Shown one piece after another: positions 1 to 13,734 of a stretch of 64,000 bases of DNA. Both the position numbers and the translations under genes were made by a program. The stretch is from Octopus vulgaris. Taxonomy: Eukaryota. Where the stretch lies: contig OX597814.1 of assembly GCA_951406725.2 (NCBI GenBank), forward strand, positions 106,144,001 through 106,208,000, given 5' to 3'. Within the stretch, counting starts at the first letter, position 1, and the number at the start of each line of letters is the position of its first letter. The notes under the pieces are model-generated. The model did not search any database, had not been told where the DNA came from, and saw only the letters and a list, made by a program, of their open reading frames with translations.

Positions 1-225
1 GCGACGTGGTGCCAAGTTCAAATATGAAACGTTGTTCCTTTACTTTCCTTAAGGATGTGAATGGTGTGTGGCAATGTCGCATACAGATGTGTGATGGTTT
101 GGCCTCACATACGTTGTAGTATGCTTCGATTTTGCTCTGGAAAAGTATCAGCAAGTTGCCAGTTTGATTGGGTTTCATATTCTATTATGCCACTGATAGA
201 CCTGGCTATTGATTGGATCACTTAA
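1..225 (-). pseudogene. Degenerate Penelope-like GIY-YIG endonuclease C-terminal fragment (runs off the window edge)
   Basis: Manual minus-strand translation gives QLADTFPEQ (like PLE RLADRF.EH) and RKVKEQRFIFELGTTS (like the PLE C-terminal RK..EQ..IF.LGT..P.GLN motif); frameshifted. Confidence 0.55.
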
Positions 226-433
226 TTATATAGCTACAGATTAATTCATTAGTCGGTTATGGGATTACAAAGTGAGACAAGCAGAAAATATGTGACTGTA
301 GCTGGACGCTAGGAGGCTGTAGAGAGAGACAAAAGGAAGATACGACTCTACTGGGAAACAAGAGCGGGAATATGCGAATGTTGTGGAAGGGAATAGAAAA
401 ATAATATCTCGAGGAATGTATGTGACAGTATTC

Positions 434-515
434 ATTTCAAATTTTGGCACAAGGCCAGTTATACTCAAAGGGATGGAAAGCAGAGTTGACCTCAGCGGAA
501 TTTGAACTTAGAACG
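434..515 (-). mobile_element. Partial tRNA-derived SINE, family A
   Basis: Contains tttcaaattttggcacaaggccag (tail) and gacctcagcggaatttgaactta (B-box region), matching the full copies elsewhere in the window. Confidence 0.7.
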
Positions 516-526
516 TAATATATATA

Positions 527-1255
<729 letters not shown>

Positions 1256-1402
1256 ATCTATGGGGATATTATTTAAAAATTTGATTCCATGTCATTTTAA
1301 GTGTGTATCTGTGTGTGTGTGTGTGTGTATTGTAAATTATTTTGTAATCTATCATATTCATACTAAATTGTTTCTCATACATAACTAGACCGAAAAGCAA
1401 AC

Positions 1403-1447
<45 letters not shown>

Positions 1448-1779
1448 TATGCACACACACACACGTACACACAACCAAATAACGACGGATTGACTTCATA
1501 GTGATTTGAACGTACAACAATGAAGTGTGGCAAATCTATCAACTGAGAGCAATTTTCTCTCACGAACTCCCGTTTCAATCTTTTCTTATGACACATCTCT
1601 TCCCCCCTCTCTCTCTTTCACTTTCTCTTCTTTTCTTTACCCCTCTCTATCTGTTACATTTTATCCCCCTCTATGATACGTGCATGTACACATAAGCTGC
1701 TGGTGTTTGTGAGCCTATATATAAATGTGTGTGTGCGTGTGCGTATGTAAATATATATATGTATATACATATATATGTG

Positions 1780-1837
<58 letters not shown>

Positions 1838-2556
1838 TACACACACATACATATGTAAATACATTTATGAATGTGTCTGCACATACATACGAACATATAC
1901 ACGTATATATTTATATATACATACACATGCACTTCTATATTTTATTATACACACACACACACTCATACGTACACACACTCACAGACACATGCGTTCACCC
2001 CTAAAAATCTTAAGAACTATTGGAGTAAAGAAAAGAAAATAATATATTCGCATAATTTCATAGTTATATATCATTTATTTCGCCTGTTCTCTGACAGATA
2101 CAGTCGCAGACGTATACACACACATACAGCTGTACGCAGACACTCACGCATAAACAAGTAAATATACACACATACACACACAAGACAACCCGCGTATATG
2201 TTTGTGTGTGTGTGTGTGTGTGTGTATATGAATGTTTATTTATGTATGTGTTAACGTATGTAAATCAATGTTTAACCTACCTTATTTCCTTCCGCTATAT
2301 TTAAATTTTATAATTTATGTAGTTTTCGTTTTTCACTGCACACCCCATTTCCTTCTTTTCCTGTTTCCCCACATTTTTTTATTATATTTTCTATTCTCTA
2401 CAACTTTTCTTTCGAGTAATTTCTTTTTGCTCACTGCTACGTAAGATAGCACAATCGCATTAGGCTTCCGTGGCGGCCATTAAACACCGGAAGTGGGAAT
2501 AACAGCCAATGTTAATATATACAGGTATGTAAATGTGGTGTCGATATGGAAACATG

Positions 2557-2604
<48 letters not shown>

Positions 2605-2663
2605 TATTTATATATACATGCATACATACATACATATACATACATACAAGTATATTCATATAT

Positions 2664-2747
<84 letters not shown>

Positions 2748-2941
2748 GTGTGATTTTATACGTGCTTAATTATAAATACATGTATATGTGTGTGGATTCG
2801 TCTGTGATAGATTATATTCTGTTCCTAAGTGTATTTTTTAGCTCGAATCGGCTATATATATATATATATACATAATGATATTTTTGAATTATATATACAT
2901 ACAAACACGCACATATATATGTATGTGTGTATGTATGTGTA

Positions 2942-3019
<78 letters not shown>

Positions 3020-3059
3020 CAAACACGCACATATATATGTATGTATGTATGTATGTATA

Positions 3060-3115
<56 letters not shown>

Positions 3116-3477
3116 CATGTACGCATATTACACCCAGACCCATATAATATGAGTTGCTATATTAAGTAAGAAAGTTGATTTACAAGAAAGAGCTGTTAAA
3201 TGCATTTAACTGTTTATTAGCTTCTTATTAAAATTCTAGCGATGTTTTGGTGTGGAAGACTAAGCGACGAATAATAGAGATGCTGGTAATAATAGTCGCA
3301 GAGTCTGTAAGACCGAGATGGAGAGAGATTGTTTACGATGTGTTTCTATGTGTTAAATACATCGCAGAACTATATTCGGTATCTGTTTGTAAATACATCT
3401 TTTCACTTCATGTCTAGTTTTAGTTACGGATATGCATGTACGTATATATATACATACATAGGTATACACACAAGTAA

Positions 3478-3960
<483 letters not shown>

Positions 3961-4196
3961 TCTCTAAAAGAATTTGGGAATTAAAAGACAAATGCATAGG
4001 CTTCAAACTCAGATGGTCCATCATCGGATCAGCTGCACCTTATTTAAATAATAGAGCAGGATGCCAACTATGCTGTGTAGAACTCCTGAACATCTTGAAA
4101 TTCAAAGACAAACACAATCTTATTAACAAAAGGTCAGAGTTCAAACCATCCTGTATACATAAACTTATTAATACTTTCAAATACTACAATGCTTAG
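3961..4196 (+). pseudogene. Penelope-like element GIY-YIG endonuclease C-terminus (5' truncated at the microsatellite)
   Basis: [67 protein letters not shown] matches the PLE pattern LSK.IW.LK....F.I.WSI...A.PY......C.LC..E...I......LLNKRSE....C.H. Confidence 0.85.
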
Positions 4197-6072
4197 GTCT
4201 TATACCAACTCCCCCATGCAATTTCCTCCCACCCGGTGCAACCTGTCGGCTCCAGAACACCCCGCTTTCCCATATGTGCGTGTGTATGTGTGTGTGTGTG
4301 TGCGTATGTATGTGAACATACGTGTACGTATGTGTACATATACATATATATACACATGTGCGTGTGTGTGTGTGTGTGTGGGTGTGTGTATGTGCATATA
4401 CGGTTCCCTGTATTTCCCCCTATATATACAAATTTTGTCTCCCATATATGACTTCTTTTCCCTAAATATTTCTTCTCCTACACCCATATCCTCCCTATGT
4501 AGTCTCTTTAATTCCCTATATCTATACCCTTTCACATTTCTAACTCAGATGTTGAACGCACACCGCCAAACTCCACTTCCCACCCTTCCAATTTTCAGTT
4601 CCCCCGCCCGCCCCTACGTTTAACACACACCTCTAACTTTCTACCACCTCCATCTCATGTTAAACTTTACAAAATTATATTTTTATCTTATTTTATTTTA
4701 TTTTTAGTTTTACTTTTATTTTTACTTTTATTCTACTTCCATTTATTCTCATTTTCATTTTCATCCCTTACCTTAACTCCTATAATTTTTATAATTCTTA
4801 TACCTCATTTCTAACTATTACATTGTATTTCTTATTTTATACTGTATTTTTTATTTCTAATCTTTACCCTTACCCTCATTCTTACCCCTAACTTATCGCT
4901 TTACACCTCTATATATGTTTATTTACTTACCTATGGATCCATCTTTTGAATATACGAGCGTCCGCGTACGTGTGTACACGCATACATACATATGCACGCG
5001 CATATGTGTACATGCATACTTCGATATCTTATAGCTATACCCATGTGCGCGTGTGTCTCTCTGTGTGTGTGTATGGGTGTATATGTGCACGCACATACGG
5101 ACACACAGCCGTGTGTGCGTGCGCGTATTGACATGAGTACGGGATCCTTTACTTACGTTCTTATACACATCCTTTAATATCTTATACCCGGACCTAGAGG
5201 CGTGGGCATATACGTGTGTGTATGTAGTGATGGGCGCGCGTATATACATGTGAGCGTGTACGCGCGTAATGTCCGTGTATATATGCGGATATTCTGTTGT
5301 ATGTATGTGTGTGTACGCGCGTGCGTGTGGGTGCGTGTGTGTTTATGGACGTGTTTAAACGCGAGTGCGTGTGTATGCTTATATGCTTGGAGGCGTATAT
5401 GTACGCGTGTATGTGGGTGTATGTATCCATGATGATATGTATGTACCAGAAGTTCATTTAATTCAAGGAACCAGATTAAATGCTCATCAGCTCTGATTTA
5501 CAACGCATTAAGTCCCCAGACGAAACTGTTGATTTACTGTTGATTTACTGACAATTCTACAACTAAATTTTATCAATCTCCTGACCACCATGCTTGGTCC
5601 GTAACCTCTATACATCCCTTATCTTTACATTCTTTTACACTTTTATCATAGTTTTATCAGATTTTTTTACTTTTATTTCTATTTATTTTTATTTTTATTT
5701 CTATTTCTATTTTTACTTTATAACCTTATGCCTTTACATTTATTTACATTTCTTTATATTTCTTTATACCCCCTTTACATCTCCTTACAACTCTTTATCC
5801 TCTACATTTTTATATTATTCTATACTTACACTTTTTATACATTTTTTATCCCTCGTCCCGAACTCTCGCCCCTCCATCTTCACCTCTATATATGTATTTA
5901 TTTATTTACATTACCTCAACATCCAATTTTCCTCATTCTACATTGAGAGAAGAAAGAGATGGACGCTTCAATTCTATGCTGCTGCCGCATTATGTCGTAC
6001 GTGGATGAGAGGATTTGCATCCCCAACCAAGAATTTTTGATGTAACACATGTCCTTGCGGAAGCTGTTGTGC

Positions 6073-6150
6073 GCGGCTGAAGAAGGCCACAGACATACAT
6101 TATGCATTGTTATAAATCTGTCTAATAAAGGCCCGAAACATATGTACCGC
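6073..6150 (+). ncRNA. Type I minimal hammerhead ribozyme (PLE-associated)
   Basis: gcgg-CTGAAGA-a-ggcc...ggcc-c-GAA-ACATATGT-A-ccgc: stem I gcgg/ccgc, stem II ggcc/ggcc extended by acaga/tctgt, palindromic stem III, GUA cleavage triplet. Confidence 0.8.
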
Positions 6151-6215
6151 TGAATCCTTCGCATCATGTTTTTATTTTATTTTGATCAATTTATATGTAT
6201 ATATATGTATATATG

Positions 6216-6338
6216 ATATTATTTATTTAAAGGTCACAATATACGTATTAAAGCGTAATGGTTTCATATGTTGAGAAAACTCAAACATATTCTTCAGGCG
6301 CTTCAATACATGTATTGTGACCTTTTAAAAAATAATAT
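6216..6338 (-). ncRNA. Fold-back element whose centre is a degenerate hammerhead
   Basis: Arms 6229-6255 / 6299-6325 are inverted repeats; the minus-strand centre reads aagcgc-CTGAAGA-atatgtttgag-tttt-ctcaacatat-GAAAC-cat-TA-cgctt (stem III damaged). Confidence 0.6.
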
Positions 6339-6433
6339 TTATTTCTCAACAGATGGACTACATTTATTTTCTTGAATTTTCTATCACGGATCAGTACATT
6401 ATACATACATACATACATACATACATACATACA

Positions 6434-6468
<35 letters not shown>

Positions 6469-6828
6469 GAATAGTTTCGTTGATTTGTACTGGACAACTG
6501 AGAATGGTGTGCTCAAACCGTGTTGTAGAGGACATTAGTTTTTATTGAAACTGGAAACGTGGCATGCTGCTCGAGTTTCACACTACAACCATCTTCATGC
6601 GAGAACTGTTGGAACTCTCAGCATTGATAGTGTACTTAAATCATTTGGTGTGCAAATGTGTGTATGTGTGTATGTGTGTGCGTGTATATGTGTACATGCG
6701 CGCTCTAATGTTTCTATTTATACCTTGGTTTACGTTTTGTGGCTATCATTGGTCGGGTGGTGTCTTCCTGGGCTCTCTGTTGGCTGCTTAGATGTATTTT
6801 TATGATATAATGTATATATATGTATACG

Positions 6829-6896
<68 letters not shown>

Positions 6897-7189
6897 CATA
6901 TATATGTATATGCATGTATTATATATATATATATATATATTTCTATATATATATATGTATATATATATATATTCTTTTCTACTCTAGGCACAAACATATG
7001 CACACACATATGTATATGTATCTACACTACTGAAGTATTCAAGTTCACATATGCTTTGGGGAGAAGGGAATTTGTGAAATAGTCTTGTACCATTAGTTAA
7101 AGAAAGGGAAGATTGTGAATTTTCCCTTTCAGTATGATGCGAAATGTTCACTGCAAGTGGTGTTTCTGACAACTGGGGAGTGGGGTCTC

Positions 7190-7790
7190 TAATTTGCTGT
7201 TTAAATTGGTTAAGTAATTGACTTCCTTTAGCGTGAGGTTATTTTGGTACTTTCTCGTAGGTTTACCTACTTGAATAATCGATTTTCTTTCTTCACATTT
7301 GTTTATTTTCCTGTAAAAAAAAAAAACCCTCGTCATTCAACTGTTCTACGATCATATCTTTGTAATGGGTTTTGTCCATGATGACGATTGCTCCACCTTT
7401 GTCAGCTTCTTTTATGATCATTGAGGAGTCCTTTTGTAATTTGTTTAGCAGTTAGTCTGAAGGGATATTGCATTTGTGCAATCGTCGTAGGAAGGTTATG
7501 TATTCTTCCAGGTGTCTGTCTCTATTTCGCGGGGCTTTTAAGTTCTTTTTGTTTTTCACGAGTGATTTCTACTCGCATTCTCTATCCCTGAAGAATTCGC
7601 CTAGACATAATTTTCGACAAAAATCTTCTGCATCTTTTATAAGATCGGCTTGGTCTGCTTTCGGGTTGGATGTGAACTTCAGTCAATTTTCTAACAGCTT
7701 GATTTTCTGTTGGGTTAATTTTTCGGCTGATATGTTGACTATTTTTGGTGCCTGTGGGTTTCCCTCGATGGGTGGAACAGTGTCTTAAAA
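7190..7790 (-). pseudogene. Penelope-like reverse transcriptase N-terminal region, degenerate
   Basis: Manual translation: KIVNISAEKLTQQKIKLLEN*LKFTSNPKADQADLIKDAEDFCRKLCLGEFF...SSMIIKEADKGGAIVIMDKTHYKDMIVEQLND; contains the PLE IIK.ADKG.A.V.MD motif; has stops. Confidence 0.85.
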
Positions 7791-7863
7791 ATGAAATCCC
7801 AACTGGGATAGGGGTGTTTCTGTTGTGGTGAAATATTCTGTTCGCTGCCATTTCGTGTTGATA

Positions 7864-7904
<41 letters not shown>

Positions 7905-7979
7905 CAAACACACATATATTTGTGTGTATGTATGTATGTGTATGTATATATTTATATATAGGTATATATGTGTGTATGC

Positions 7980-8016
<37 letters not shown>

Positions 8017-9501
8017 CGTATGTATATATATGTATGCATATCTGTGTGTATATATGCATGTGTGTATGTATATATATATATGTATGTATATGTGTGTGTA
8101 TGTATACGTATACATATGTGTGTGTATATGTATGTATGTATGTATATATACTTTTTGTATGTTTGTATGTAGATAAGTATATATGTGAGCTAGCATGATA
8201 TCACCCAATTTCCCCTCCCAAACCAATATAAAAAAATACATTTCTATCAACAAACTTTCCAAAACTAACCTTATTTTTTTTCTCTCTCTCTCTCCTATCA
8301 TCCCCTTTTTATCAAAAGACATATATCTTACACCTCATTAACAACCCTCACCCCCAACCCAGACACATTCCTAAACTCATCTTCGACATAGAAAATTGCT
8401 GAAGTTTCTCTTTATGAAATTAAGATTGTTGATTCAGTCAGGAATTCCAACTACGTATCGTGGTTCGTTACCTCAACAGCTCCTTCGTTGGATCTTCTGG
8501 CTAAGGACATCGTTAGGAGGAACCACGTCCAGTTTCGGCCCCCACTCCTCTACCATTTTCAACGTACCGGACCCCTTTCGGAGGTGTCTTCAGCTCTGGG
8601 GTTGAGTGCGTTATGTTTTCTTTTTTCTTTGGTTTCTTCGATGCACTGTCAACGAATGTCAGCGGGCGAATGACTACCCTGCCAAATTTCCCCTCAAATA
8701 CTCGCTGGTAGGTTCCACCAACCAGTGCTAGCTAACTGTCACGTTACACAATCTAAGCTTCAACTGACCAATGGAGGGGAAGGGCGCGTAGTTTTGGCCC
8801 GCGCCCTCTCTAGACGTACCTTTAGAGTTGTGTTAGTTTCAGCTCCAGCAACCAGAGCCGACCAGCTCTCTGGTGGGATAAGCCTTCGAACTATCAAGAT
8901 AGTAAGATGTACCCTTACCCGCCGCCACCACCTGTTATGCAGCAACGTTAAGTACCAGCCAGCCTCACCTAGCGACGCTATTATGTTATGGCGTTCAAGC
9001 CATTTCGGGTCTTCTCGTTTCAGCCATATATAGAAGCTGGCTTTCTCGACTGCCTCCTGTATCCTCCTTATTACTTTTCTCAGCTCTGAGCTTGAAAATG
9101 CAAATTTTCTTTTAAATATCATCGCCATTTCCCTTCCAACAAAGTCTCTAACTCCCACCGTCAGGTGATAATACTCGACAGTCCATCCCTGTTCCCCACA
9201 CTCTTCGATTAATCTCTCATACCTCCTCTCCTTCCGTTGCTCCACATCAGCAATGTTCTCTTCGCATGGCACTGTCAACTCTAGCAAAATTCCGATTTTT
9301 CATTCTATATTCCATAGGAGTAAGTCCGGTCCATTTGTTGTTTTTATGAGTGGAAATATCAAAAGTCTTTCCAAATCCGCGGCCATCTCTCAGTATCCTT
9401 TCCATCTTTCGTCTGTCACACATACTTGTTTTGAAGGCCTGGTCTTATTATTTATATTATTTATATTCGACGGATATTTGTCCTCATCCTGTTTGTTGTT
9501 A

Positions 9502-9545
9502 ACACAACGTTTCGGTTAATATCCCCTCCAGCCTTCATCAGGTGT
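9502..9545 (-). ncRNA. Type I minimal hammerhead ribozyme
   Basis: acac-CTGATGA-a-ggctgg...ttaacc-GAA-ACGT-T-gtgt; stem I acac/gtgt, palindromic ACGT stem III, one stem II mismatch. Confidence 0.7.
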
Positions 9546-9581
9546 CTGGGTTCTCATTCCTAGGGTATTTTTCGATGTTAC

Positions 9582-9619
<38 letters not shown>

Positions 9620-9621
<2 letters not shown>

Positions 9622-9863
9622 GCGTGCTTTCACTTCACTACCGAGCGCAGCTCTGTGTGCCTTGGGTATGTGCTGTGATTTGTTGTGATGCTCTGATGGT
9701 TACTGTATTGAAAGTGTTCTGCGTAGGATGTGTGCAGTGCCTAGTAGTGCAATTTTCTGTATGTTTTATGTGTTTGTAAGTCCTGGTGTTTTTGCTATGT
9801 ATTTGTCTGAATATTTTTTTATCACGCCTAATGCACCTACTATGATAGGAATTGTTTCTGTTT
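9620..9863 (-). mobile_element. R4/Dong-like LINE 3' end inserted in (TAA)n
   Basis: KTETIPIIVGALGVIKK...PGLTNT*NIQKIALLGTAHILRRTLS is the R4/Dong RLE C-terminal signature; (TTA)n on both sides. Confidence 0.8.
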
Positions 9864-9931
9864 TTATTATTATTATTATTATTATTACTGTTATTATTAT
9901 TATTATTATTATTATTATCATTATTATTATC

Positions 9932-9993
<62 letters not shown>

Positions 9994-9995
9994 CA

Positions 9996-10026
<31 letters not shown>

Positions 10027-10028
10027 TA

Positions 10029-10097
<69 letters not shown>

Positions 10098-11591
10098 TCA
10101 CTGCCTGGAATCGAATGTAAATAATGTACATAATTCCTCATCTCTTAACTATAGAACTGTACTGCCTGGTCTTATATCCTTTTCCCTCCTTCTGGAAGTA
10201 CATCCTTCCGCGCTTTTCCACTTTTGGGAACTCTCCTTCATTATTTCCCTCGATCTTCACCTTTGGAAAACATCTGACCATTATATTTTTCATCAATGGT
10301 CAGCTATTCAAATGGAACCAGCAGAAGGGTACTTTCACAAGCCTTTCATAAAAACACCCCTTAAACACCCCCGCTACCTCCCAACTCCACTCTCAATTAA
10401 TCATCTTGTTTGTACTATTCCCTATTTTCTTTCAGCTCTTGTTCATCAACACCCCTTCACTCCCACATTTACTGAGTGCACCGTTCGTATTAGGGTCAGA
10501 ATATGGAACATGACTGAAACCAAGGTAATAGAGGGTGAATTGCTGGCTACAAGATGCGAAACCAGAACTGATCACCCTACACAAGTTGGTTGGATAAAAC
10601 ACCTCACTGGGAGAGAGACTTCTATATCCTTGTTAAAGCTTAGAGAATGGAGTCGGTTCAGACATTCGCAGAGATGAAAGGTAAATGCTACCAGGAACAA
10701 AAAGAGGACCTGCGATCTCTCGGCTGATTGTGAAAAATATATTATTGCATCCATTGGTCCATTGCCTGTTGTACCCCCTCCATATTCTAATACTTGCTAT
10801 TACCTCATCTATTTAGTCATTATCTTCTAGTATTTATGATTCAGGATTTCCTTACTTGTGTCCCAGGTCAAAAATGGCGTCGGGTTGTGAAGGTCCCTGC
10901 GCCTTTTGTTCTGGTTGTCGGAGTTCAGTTCTTCCAAGGTCTCTTTTGGCTGTCGTTGTTTCGCAGTTGATAGAATAAAGCTACAATCTAAGGCGGTGTA
11001 TTGGCGGAACTGTAAGAATGCTCGGTGACTCTTTGCGCTCTGAGATCAAATGCGACCATGGCCTTAGTCTGTCGCCCGGTTAAACATCATTTCTTGGTAT
11101 CCTGGGTTTCTATTTTAAGACACAACCTGTTGTTGCACGAGGGTCAGGTTTCTGGTTTGAGGACTCCTCCCTACCTCCCTCCCGCCCTCCTACCACTCTC
11201 ATAAGCTCTGTGAATGGTGGTACCCGCGTCCTTCCTTCTTGAATAAAAGGTGAAACAATGTGTAGGTGAAAAGGAAATGATTGTGTGGCCTTAATACTTT
11301 TCTCTCCAGAATAGCTAATGTTTTTCAAACATTGGTTTGGAATCAGCAAAGCAACAGTCTGTTGCGAATACGGTGAAGGAAGAAGATATTTCTTACTAAA
11401 CGTTGTATGTATGTATGTATGTGAGTCTGTGTTTGTCTCCCTACCATTACATCCCCGTAACTTAGCAGTTCAGCAAAAGAGACCGATAGAGTAAGTACTA
11501 GGCTTACAAAAAAATAGGTAAACGTTGTCGGTCGCCAGTTTTACTTAAAGATTAATAAACATTCGCAGCACAATATATTAAAAGCAAAATA

Positions 11592-12148
11592 TTGGGTTGT
11601 CCGGAAAGTTCGTGCCGATTTTTAAAGGAAAGAAAAAGGTCAATAAATACTTGCCATTACATTCTTAATGAACCAAATATGAATAATTTTGTTACACAAT
11701 GCGTCTCCATCTTTCCTTTTAACTTGAAAACACCCGCTTCCCAGAATTGGGGTGGTTTCATGGCAAAGAATTCATCAAAGTATCTTTTTACGTCATCCAA
11801 GGAATTGAAATTTTTACCATTAAGACTATTCTGCAGAGACCTGATAAGTGGAAATCCGAAGGAGCAATATCTGGTGAATATGGAGGGTGGGGTAACACAT
11901 CCTAACCAAACTTCAGCAACTTTTGTCTGGTTCCCAAAGCATCAAGTGCCGAAATTGACCTTTTTTATCTTCCATTTTAAAGGGTTACAGAATTAACACA
12001 GATTATAGGAACATAAACCTTCTTCCACGAAAAGATAGCTTAAACTATGGGTGTGTAGTCGAATCCTATTTTATAGACTCAACCATGTTCTAAAATAAGT
12101 CGAAAGGTAAGCTACTATAAATCGGCACGAACTTTCCGGACAACCCAA
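11592..12148 (-). mobile_element. Internally deleted mariner (Tc1/mariner) element
   Basis: Perfect 30-bp TIRs ttgggttgtccggaaagttcgtgccgattt (11592-11621 / 12119-12148), TA on both flanks, minus-strand DVLPHPPYSPDIAPSDFHL and RSLQNSLNGKNF transposase remnants. Confidence 0.95.
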
Positions 12149-12894
12149 TAGAATAAAATAAAATTCGAACTGTGAGGACGAGCAGCATGTTGACTGCGTC
12201 GGTTTAGTGGTCCATTGAGAAAATCCGTTTCTTTCTTTCAATTTATGGTTTTGTCAATAATGATATCATAGAAAGTTTAATAGAACTTATTGGATTTACA
12301 CTTGTTAATTGTGCTGAATAAATAAATCTATACCCGAGTGGGGAGAGCGGTGCGATGGTGGGGGTGGGGAGGAAGGGGCATTTGTATGTTGGCAGATAAG
12401 GAAAAAGAACCATTGAAAGAACAACGAAACAATGCATCGATGAAAACAAAAGAGTCTCCTTCAATACACATTTTATTGCAGTGTCATAACAGGACGGTTT
12501 ATATCTCCGAATGCTGCTTTCTATCAACATGAATTCGAAAACACACTAAGGCATATTTTTGTTTAAATATTGTTTAAATAATGTTGTTGTTGGTGTTGTT
12601 GTTGTTGTTGATGTTTGATTTTTGTTTATATTGTTATTGTCGGATTGTGTGGATTCGTCGATATTACAATAAAGAATTAGACAATTAAACGAATGAGGCA
12701 TTGATCCACGAGTCAATACGGTTTGCTACTTTTGTGATTGATGACAATCTCGCATTCTGCTTGTTTCTATGCCCCCACCCCTTGTGTGTGTGTGTGTGTG
12801 TGATTTTGAACAATATTTTAAGTATTTTAAGAGTGGAAGACGAGAGACTGATATTTGTGACCGAAGCATTATATTTGTAATATTTACCAAACTT

Positions 12895-13734
12895 AAGGCA
12901 GCGAGCTGGCAGAATCGTTAACGCGCCGGGCGAAATGCTTAGCGGCATTTCGTCTGTCTACACGATCTGAGTTCAAATTCCGACGAGATCGACTTTGCCT
13001 TTCATCCTTTCGGAGTCGATAAATTAAGTACCAATAGCGTTCTGGGGTCGATCTAATCGACTAGCTCCCTCCCCAAAAATTTTCGGGCCTTGTGTCTAGA
13101 GTAGAAAAGAATATTTAAGGCGGCGATCTGGCAGAAATGTTAGCATGCCGGACGAAATGCTTAGCGGCAATTCGTCTGTCTTCATGTTCTGAGTTCAAAT
13201 TCCACCGAAGTCGACTTTGCCTTCCACCCTTTCGGGATCGATAAATTAAGTACCAGTTGTGTACCAGGGGCGATCTAATCGACTGCCCCCCCCCAAATTC
13301 TGGGCCTTGTGTCTAGAGTAGAAAGGAATTGTTAAATCGAAGGCGGCGAGCTGGCAGAAACGTTAGCACGCGGGCGAAATTCTTGGCAGTATTTCGTCTG
13401 CCGTTGTTCTGAGTTCAAATTCCGCCGAGGTCGACTTTGCCTTTCATCCTGTCGGGGTCGATTAAATAAATACCAGTTATGCACTGGGGTCGATGTAATC
13501 GTCTTAATCCGTTTGTCTGTCCTTGTTTGTCCTCTCTGTGTTTAGCCCCTTGTGGGTAGTAAAGAAATAGGTATTTTGTCTGTCTTTACGTTCTCGGTTC
13601 AAATTCCGCCGAGGTCGACTTTGCCTTTCATTCTTTCGGGGTCGATAAATTATGTACCAGTTGAGCATTGAGATTGATGTAATCAACTTAGCCCTGCCCT
13701 GAAATTGCTGGCCATCTGCCAAAGCCTGAAACCA
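12895..13734 (+). mobile_element. Head-to-tail array of four family A tRNA-SINEs
   Basis: Copies start at about 12895, 13117, 13340 (aaggcggcgagctggcagaa) and 13570 (5' truncated); B box gagttcaaattcc; central gactttgcctttcatcctttcggggtcgataaa; flanking repeat aatatttaccaaac at 12879-12892 and 13735-13748. Confidence 0.92.

Larger units (their letters stand above)
9449..10163 (-). mobile_element. PLE-derived non-autonomous insertion carrying a hammerhead, flanked by a 12-bp TSD gcctggtcttat
   Basis: TSD at 9437-9448 and 10164-10175; internal inverted repeat about 9447-9470 vs 10110-10133; hammerhead at 9502-9545. Confidence 0.7.
8450..10290 (-). mobile_element. RLE-type (R2 superfamily, HERO-like) non-LTR retrotransposon 3' fragment, split by a nested insertion
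   Basis: GPDLLLWN..K.GILLELTVPCEENI....RKERRYERLIEEC..QGW....LTVGVRDFVG...EKASFYIWLKRE is a PD-(D/E)xK RLE C-terminus; the upstream part (YFQKEG) lies at 10175-10290. The 3' boundary is approximate. Confidence 0.8.

Noticed and set aside
8567-8600. Minus-strand CTGAAGA..GAAA..GTC
   Set aside because: No stem II between the boxes; better explained as a GAAA-tetraloop hairpin in the LINE 3' UTR.
10430-11250. Possible degenerate LINE ORF1 or host exon
   Set aside because: Multiple stops and no motif I can recognise with confidence.
12895-13734. Regularly repeated units that could be taken for a tRNA cluster or CRISPR-like array
   Set aside because: Units are ~220-bp SINEs with A/B boxes but no complete cloverleaf; there is no repeat-spacer structure and no cas genes, and the context is eukaryotic.
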